From Chloroflexota bacterium (lineage in GTDB: Bacteria; Chloroflexota; Dehalococcoidia; UBA2979): a DNA stretch of 20,002 bases. The DNA is taken from the NCBI GenBank assembly GCA_027593235.1, contig JAQCIU010000047.1:1-20002 (forward strand), given 5' to 3'. Shown here piece by piece: positions 16,857-20,002 of this stretch. Both the position numbers and the translations under genes were made by a program. The notes under the pieces were generated by a model. That model was not told the DNA's origin, searched no databases, and saw nothing but the letters and a program-made list of their open reading frames with translations. Within the stretch, counting starts at the first letter, position 1; the number at the start of each line of letters is the position of its first letter.

Positions 16857-16884
16857 GCCCCCGCCGCTTGGCAACGGCGGGGGC
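16857..16884. other. Perfect 10-bp GC-rich stem-loop in the divergent intergenic region
   Basis: GCCCCCGCCG (16857-16866) / CGGCGGGGGC (16875-16884), 8-nt loop; no U-tract. Confidence 0.6.
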
Positions 16885-16905
16885 CTCTCAAGACCGGACG
16901 CCCCC

Positions 16906-17039
16906 AAACGAACGGAATCCACCGCGCCACGTTGTAGTGATCGGCGTCGGTAACCACCCGATTGCCGCGGATCCGCCCACCGCTGAAGGTGGATCACACC
17001 GATCGACGAAAACGAACGGAACAGCGGGCAGGTTCGTTG
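16906..17039 (+). promoter_or_regulatory. Two tandem putative ECF-sigma promoters (GAAC-N16/17-CGTTG)
   Basis: AAACGAACGGAA at 16906-16917 and 17010-17021, each followed by CGTTG at 16930-16934 and 17035-17039. Confidence 0.5.
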
Positions 17040-17045
17040 CAATCA

Positions 17046-17663
17046 GTGAACGCCGATCACGGCGCGACACCGCCGGCGGATCAGACCGCCCCGACCGCTC
17101 TCGATCCTGAGATCGAGGTCCGGGCGCTCGTCGTCCGCTCGCAGAAAGGTGATGCCAACGCCTTCGGACAGCTCTACGACCGCTTCCTCCCGGAAATCCT
17201 GCGCTACCTCAGCTTCCGCGTTGGAGACCCGGACACCGCCGAGGATCTCGCCCAGCAGGTCTTCCTCAAGGCCTGGCAGGCGATCCCCCGCTACCAGGAT
17301 CGCGGCGTGCCGTTCAAAGCCTGGCTCTATCGCATGGCACACAACCTCATGGTCGATCACCACCGCGCCCGCCGCCCCACCACCGACCTCGAGGGCATCG
17401 ACCTCCCCGAGGATCCCGATGCCGATCAGCCCGAGGCCGAGCGCTACCTCCTCGTCCAGGAAGTCCACACCCACCTCCGCGCCGCCCTCGAACGCCTCTC
17501 CGAGGATCACCGCCAGGTCCTCGTCCTCCGCTTCCTCCTCGAAAAATCCGCCCGCGAAGTCGGCGAAATCATGGATCGCCAGGAAGTCACCGTCCGCGGC
17601 CTCCAGATGCGCGCCCTCCAGGCCCTCCGCCGCGAAATCGAACTGACCGGCGGCCTCCCATGA
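17046..17663 (+). CDS. ECF-type sigma-70 family RNA polymerase sigma factor
   Basis: Region 2 AFGQLYDR...AEDLAQQVFLKAW...FKAWLYRMAHN; region 4 LERLSEDHRQVLVLRF...EVGEIM...RALQALR. Start uncertain (GTG 17046 preferred; TTG 17037 possible). Confidence 0.93.
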   Translation: MNADHGATPPADQTAPTALDPEIEVRALVVRSQKGDANAFGQLYDRFLPEILRYLSFRVGDPDTAEDLAQQVFLKAWQAIPRYQDRGVPFKAWLYRMAHNLMVDHHRARRPTTDLEGIDLPEDPDADQPEAERYLLVQEVHTHLRAALERLSEDHRQVLVLRFLLEKSAREVGEIMDRQEVTVRGLQMRALQALRREIELTGGLP

Positions 17664-20002
17664 CCCCAACCAACGACATGCCGACCAACGACACCCCGCC
17701 CGACGACATGCCGGCCAACGACGTCCCGACCAACGACGCCCCAACCAGCGACGTCCCGACCAACGACGCCCCGACCAACGACGCCCCGACCAACAGCGAC
17801 GCCCTCCCCATCGAGGAACTCGTCGCCCGCTCCCTCGACGCCATCACCGCCGGCGACACACTCGAGGTCGCCCTCGCACGCTGGCCCGATCGCCGCGACG
17901 AAATCGCACCCCTCCTGGAAATCGCCATCGCCGTGCGCGACCTCCCGCTCGCGCCCCAACGCGCCCCCGACCCGGATCGCCGCGCCGCCCTCATGACCGC
18001 CATTGCCACCACCCCGCAGGACCGCCCGCGCCGAGGCGTCGGCGAGACCCTCGCCGGCTGGTTCGCCCTGCCCGCCATCTCGCTGCCGGCCATCTCGCTG
18101 CCGGCCGTCTTGCCGAACCTCAACCTGCGTCAGCTCGCACCCACGCTCCGCCTCGCCGCACCCGCCGCCGCCATCGCCCTCGTCGCCGTCCTCGTCGTCT
18201 TCACACGCGGCGCCACCCCGACCTCCGCCTCCACCCTCACCCTCTTCGCCGGCGCCACCGAACAGCAGATCGACGGCGTCTGGACCCCGCTCCTCGATGG
18301 CGCCGCCCTCGACGAAGGCGCACACCTCCGCACCACCGCCGCTGGTGTCGCCCTCATCACCTTCCCTGACGGCTCAACCGCCGCCCTCGACCCCATGACC
18401 GAACTGCGCCTCGACCGCGTCGCCACCAACGGCGACCGCACCATCGCCATCCGCCAGTTCAGCGGCCGCATCTGGAACGACGTCGCCCCCGGCGCCCGCC
18501 CCGCCTCCTACGTCGTCCGCACCCCGGACGCCGTCGTCGAAGCCCACGGCACCACCTTCGAAACCGCCATCCTCGACGGCGAAACCTCCGTCACCACCGC
18601 CGCCGGCAGCGTCGACGTCGCCCTCGCGCCCCCCGCCAGTCCCGGTACCGGTCCAAGCGCCAGTCCCGGTGCCAGTCCTGGTGCCGGCTCCGATGCCAGT
18701 CCAATCGCCAGTCCCGACGCGACCCCCGACGCCAGTACAAACGCCAGTCCGAACCCCAGTCCGAACCCCAGCACCCCCCGCATAACCGTCCCCGTCGGCG
18801 ATCGCCTCCGCATCTCCCCCGCCGGCCTCGGCGAACTCGCCCCCCACCCCGCCACCCGGCAGCCCGCCACCGTCACCGTCTCCGGCCCCTTCGCCGCCTC
18901 ACTCCAGGCCCAGAACGGCACCGCCACCGGCGCCCTCCCCAGCGGTGTCACCTACCAGCAAATCCCGGGCGTCAGCACCACCGACCCCGCCACTGGCCCC
19001 CAGCAGCTCCGCTTCTACGACATCGCCCCCGGCCGCTACACCCTCGTCCTCCGCCGGACCACCAACCCCCAGAACCCCGCGCGCTCCCTCAACCTCGCGC
19101 GCCCGTCCGCCTCGCCCGCCCTCGCCGGCCCCTCCGGCTCTCTCGACCTCGCGGGCACAGCGGCCCTCGGCAAAGGCCCTGGCGGAGCCAGTGGCCCCAA
19201 CGGAGCGAGCAGCACCGGCGCAGCCAGCAGCCCCGGCGGAGCCAGTGGCACCGACGGGCCCGCCGACCCCCCCGCGCTGAGCGGACTCGCCATCCTCGAA
19301 ACGGGCGGACGCACCCGCACCATCGACCTCCCCGCCACCCTCCAGACCATGCAGATCCAGATCGACATCGGCATCGATGGCGGCATCGTCTCCCTCGCCC
19401 TCGTCGACCGAGCGCCCGTCGCCATCGACCAGCCCACCCGCCCCGAACGCATCGTCGACACCCCGCGCACCACCGACGCCCGCCGCCGGGCCGCCGCTGC
19501 CAGCACCGATTCCGGCCCGGGCGACACCGCACGACCCACCGAATCCGCACGCCCCGGCGACGCCTCCGGCTCCGGCGACGGAACGGGCGACGGAACGGGC
19601 GACGGAACCGCATCAACCGACGGCGCCAGCCCCGGCGACAGCGCACGCCCCACCGCCACCACCTCCCCGCGCGCCACCGCCACCGCCGTCACCGACCGCC
19701 CCGCCTCAACCGCAACCCGCACCCCAACCCCAACCACCACCCCCCTCGCCCGCGACGCCGCTACCGAGCGCGCCCGCCTCATCGCAATCCTCGACCTCCC
19801 CCTCACCGACCGCGCCCGCGAACTCCGCACCTACCTCGAAGCCTTCACCCTCGACGACCCCCGCTGGACCGACCTCCGCCTCCACCTCGAAGCCGACCCC
19901 ACCCTCCGCACCCGCTTCGCCGACACCCTCAACTCCATCGACGCCCCCGACCTCGTCACCCTCGCCCGCACCCGCCTCGCCCTCCCCACCGACACCCCCC
20001 CC
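17660..20002 (+). CDS. FecR-domain membrane anti-sigma factor, 3'-truncated (at least 781 aa)
   Basis: ATGA overlap with the sigma stop; frame hand-translated open to the window end. Helical N-domain SLDAITAGDTLEVALARWPDRRDEIAPLLEIA, TM AAIALVAVLVVF, FecR-like LRTTAAGVALITFPDGST...GRIWNDV...VRTPDAVVEAHGTTF. Confidence 0.85.
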   Translation, partial: MTPTNDMPTNDTPPDDMPANDVPTNDAPTSDVPTNDAPTNDAPTNSDALPIEELVARSLDAITAGDTLEVALARWPDRRDEIAPLLEIAIAVRDLPLAPQRAPDPDRRAALMTAIATTPQDRPRRGVGETLAGWFALPAISLPAISLPAVLPNLNLRQLAPTLRLAAPAAAIALVAVLVVFTRGATPTSASTLTLFAGATEQQIDGVWTPLLDGAALDEGAHLRTTAAGVALITFPDGSTAALDPMTELRLDRVATNGDRTIAIRQFSGRIWNDVAPGARPASYVVRTPDAVVEAHGTTFETAILDGETSVTTAAGSVDVALAPPASPGTGPSASPGASPGAGSDASPIASPDATPDASTNASPNPSPNPSTPRITVPVGDRLRISPAGLGELAPHPATRQPATVTVSGPFAASLQAQNGTATGALPSGVTYQQIPGVSTTDPATGPQQLRFYDIAPGRYTLVLRRTTNPQNPARSLNLARPSASPALAGPSGSLDLAGTAALGKGPGGASGPNGASSTGAASSPGGASGTDGPADPPALSGLAILETGGRTRTIDLPATLQTMQIQIDIGIDGGIVSLALVDRAPVAIDQPTRPERIVDTPRTTDARRRAAAASTDSGPGDTARPTESARPGDASGSGDGTGDGTGDGTASTDGASPGDSARPTATTSPRATATAVTDRPASTATRTPTPTTTPLARDAATERARLIAILDLPLTDRARELRTYLEAFTLDDPRWTDLRLHLEADPTLRTRFADTLNSIDAPDLVTLARTRLALPTDTPP
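17666..17794 (+). repeat. In-frame 15-bp tandem repeat encoding (PTNDx)x8.6
   Basis: CCGACCAACGACGCC-type units give PTNDM PTNDT PPDDM PANDV PTNDA PTSDV PTNDA PTNDA PTN. Confidence 0.9.
18068..18109 (+). repeat. In-frame 15-bp repeat encoding LPAIS LPAIS LPAV
   Basis: CTGCCSGCCATCTCG twice plus a partial copy. Confidence 0.8.
18635..18778 (+). repeat. In-frame 12-bp repeat encoding (ASPx)n
   Basis: GCCAGTCCC-type units give ASPG TGPS ASPG ASPG AGSD ASPI ASPD ATPD ASTN ASPN PSPN PSTP. Confidence 0.85.
19574..19609 (+). repeat. In-frame 12-bp repeat encoding (GDGT)x3
   Basis: GGCGACGGAACG twice plus GGCGACGGAACC. Confidence 0.85.

Noticed and set aside
16857-16884. Intrinsic terminator
   Set aside because: It lies between divergent genes and has no U-tract; kept only as a stem-loop.

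Overview
High-GC bacterial chromosomal segment, probably Chloroflexota/Dehalococcoidia (inferred from the anti-sigma N-terminal domain style and the DinB, PPOX and ClpS content). It is mostly housekeeping and homeostasis genes: acyl-CoA synthetase, zinc-ribbon metallopeptidase, glutamate dehydrogenase, two half-size TauE/SafE genes, an nhaA + Ca/Na antiporter operon, PPOX-clpS, a small hypothetical, DinB, two MFS transporters, a GGQ release-factor-like protein, argC, an APH-type phosphotransferase, and an ECF sigma factor coupled to a large FecR-domain anti-sigma. The anti-sigma runs off the window and is missing from the ORF track. No rRNA, tRNA, CRISPR or transposase was seen. The best leads are: a compact three-way-junction leader that would hide the nhaA ribosome-binding site; a duplicated ECF-type promoter before the sigma/FecR pair; a release-factor homologue with a C-terminal HTH-like extension; a GDH with an animal-type antenna insert; several intergenic repeat mosaics; and strong strand-specific codon usage. 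All assignments come from reading motifs by eye, with no database searches.
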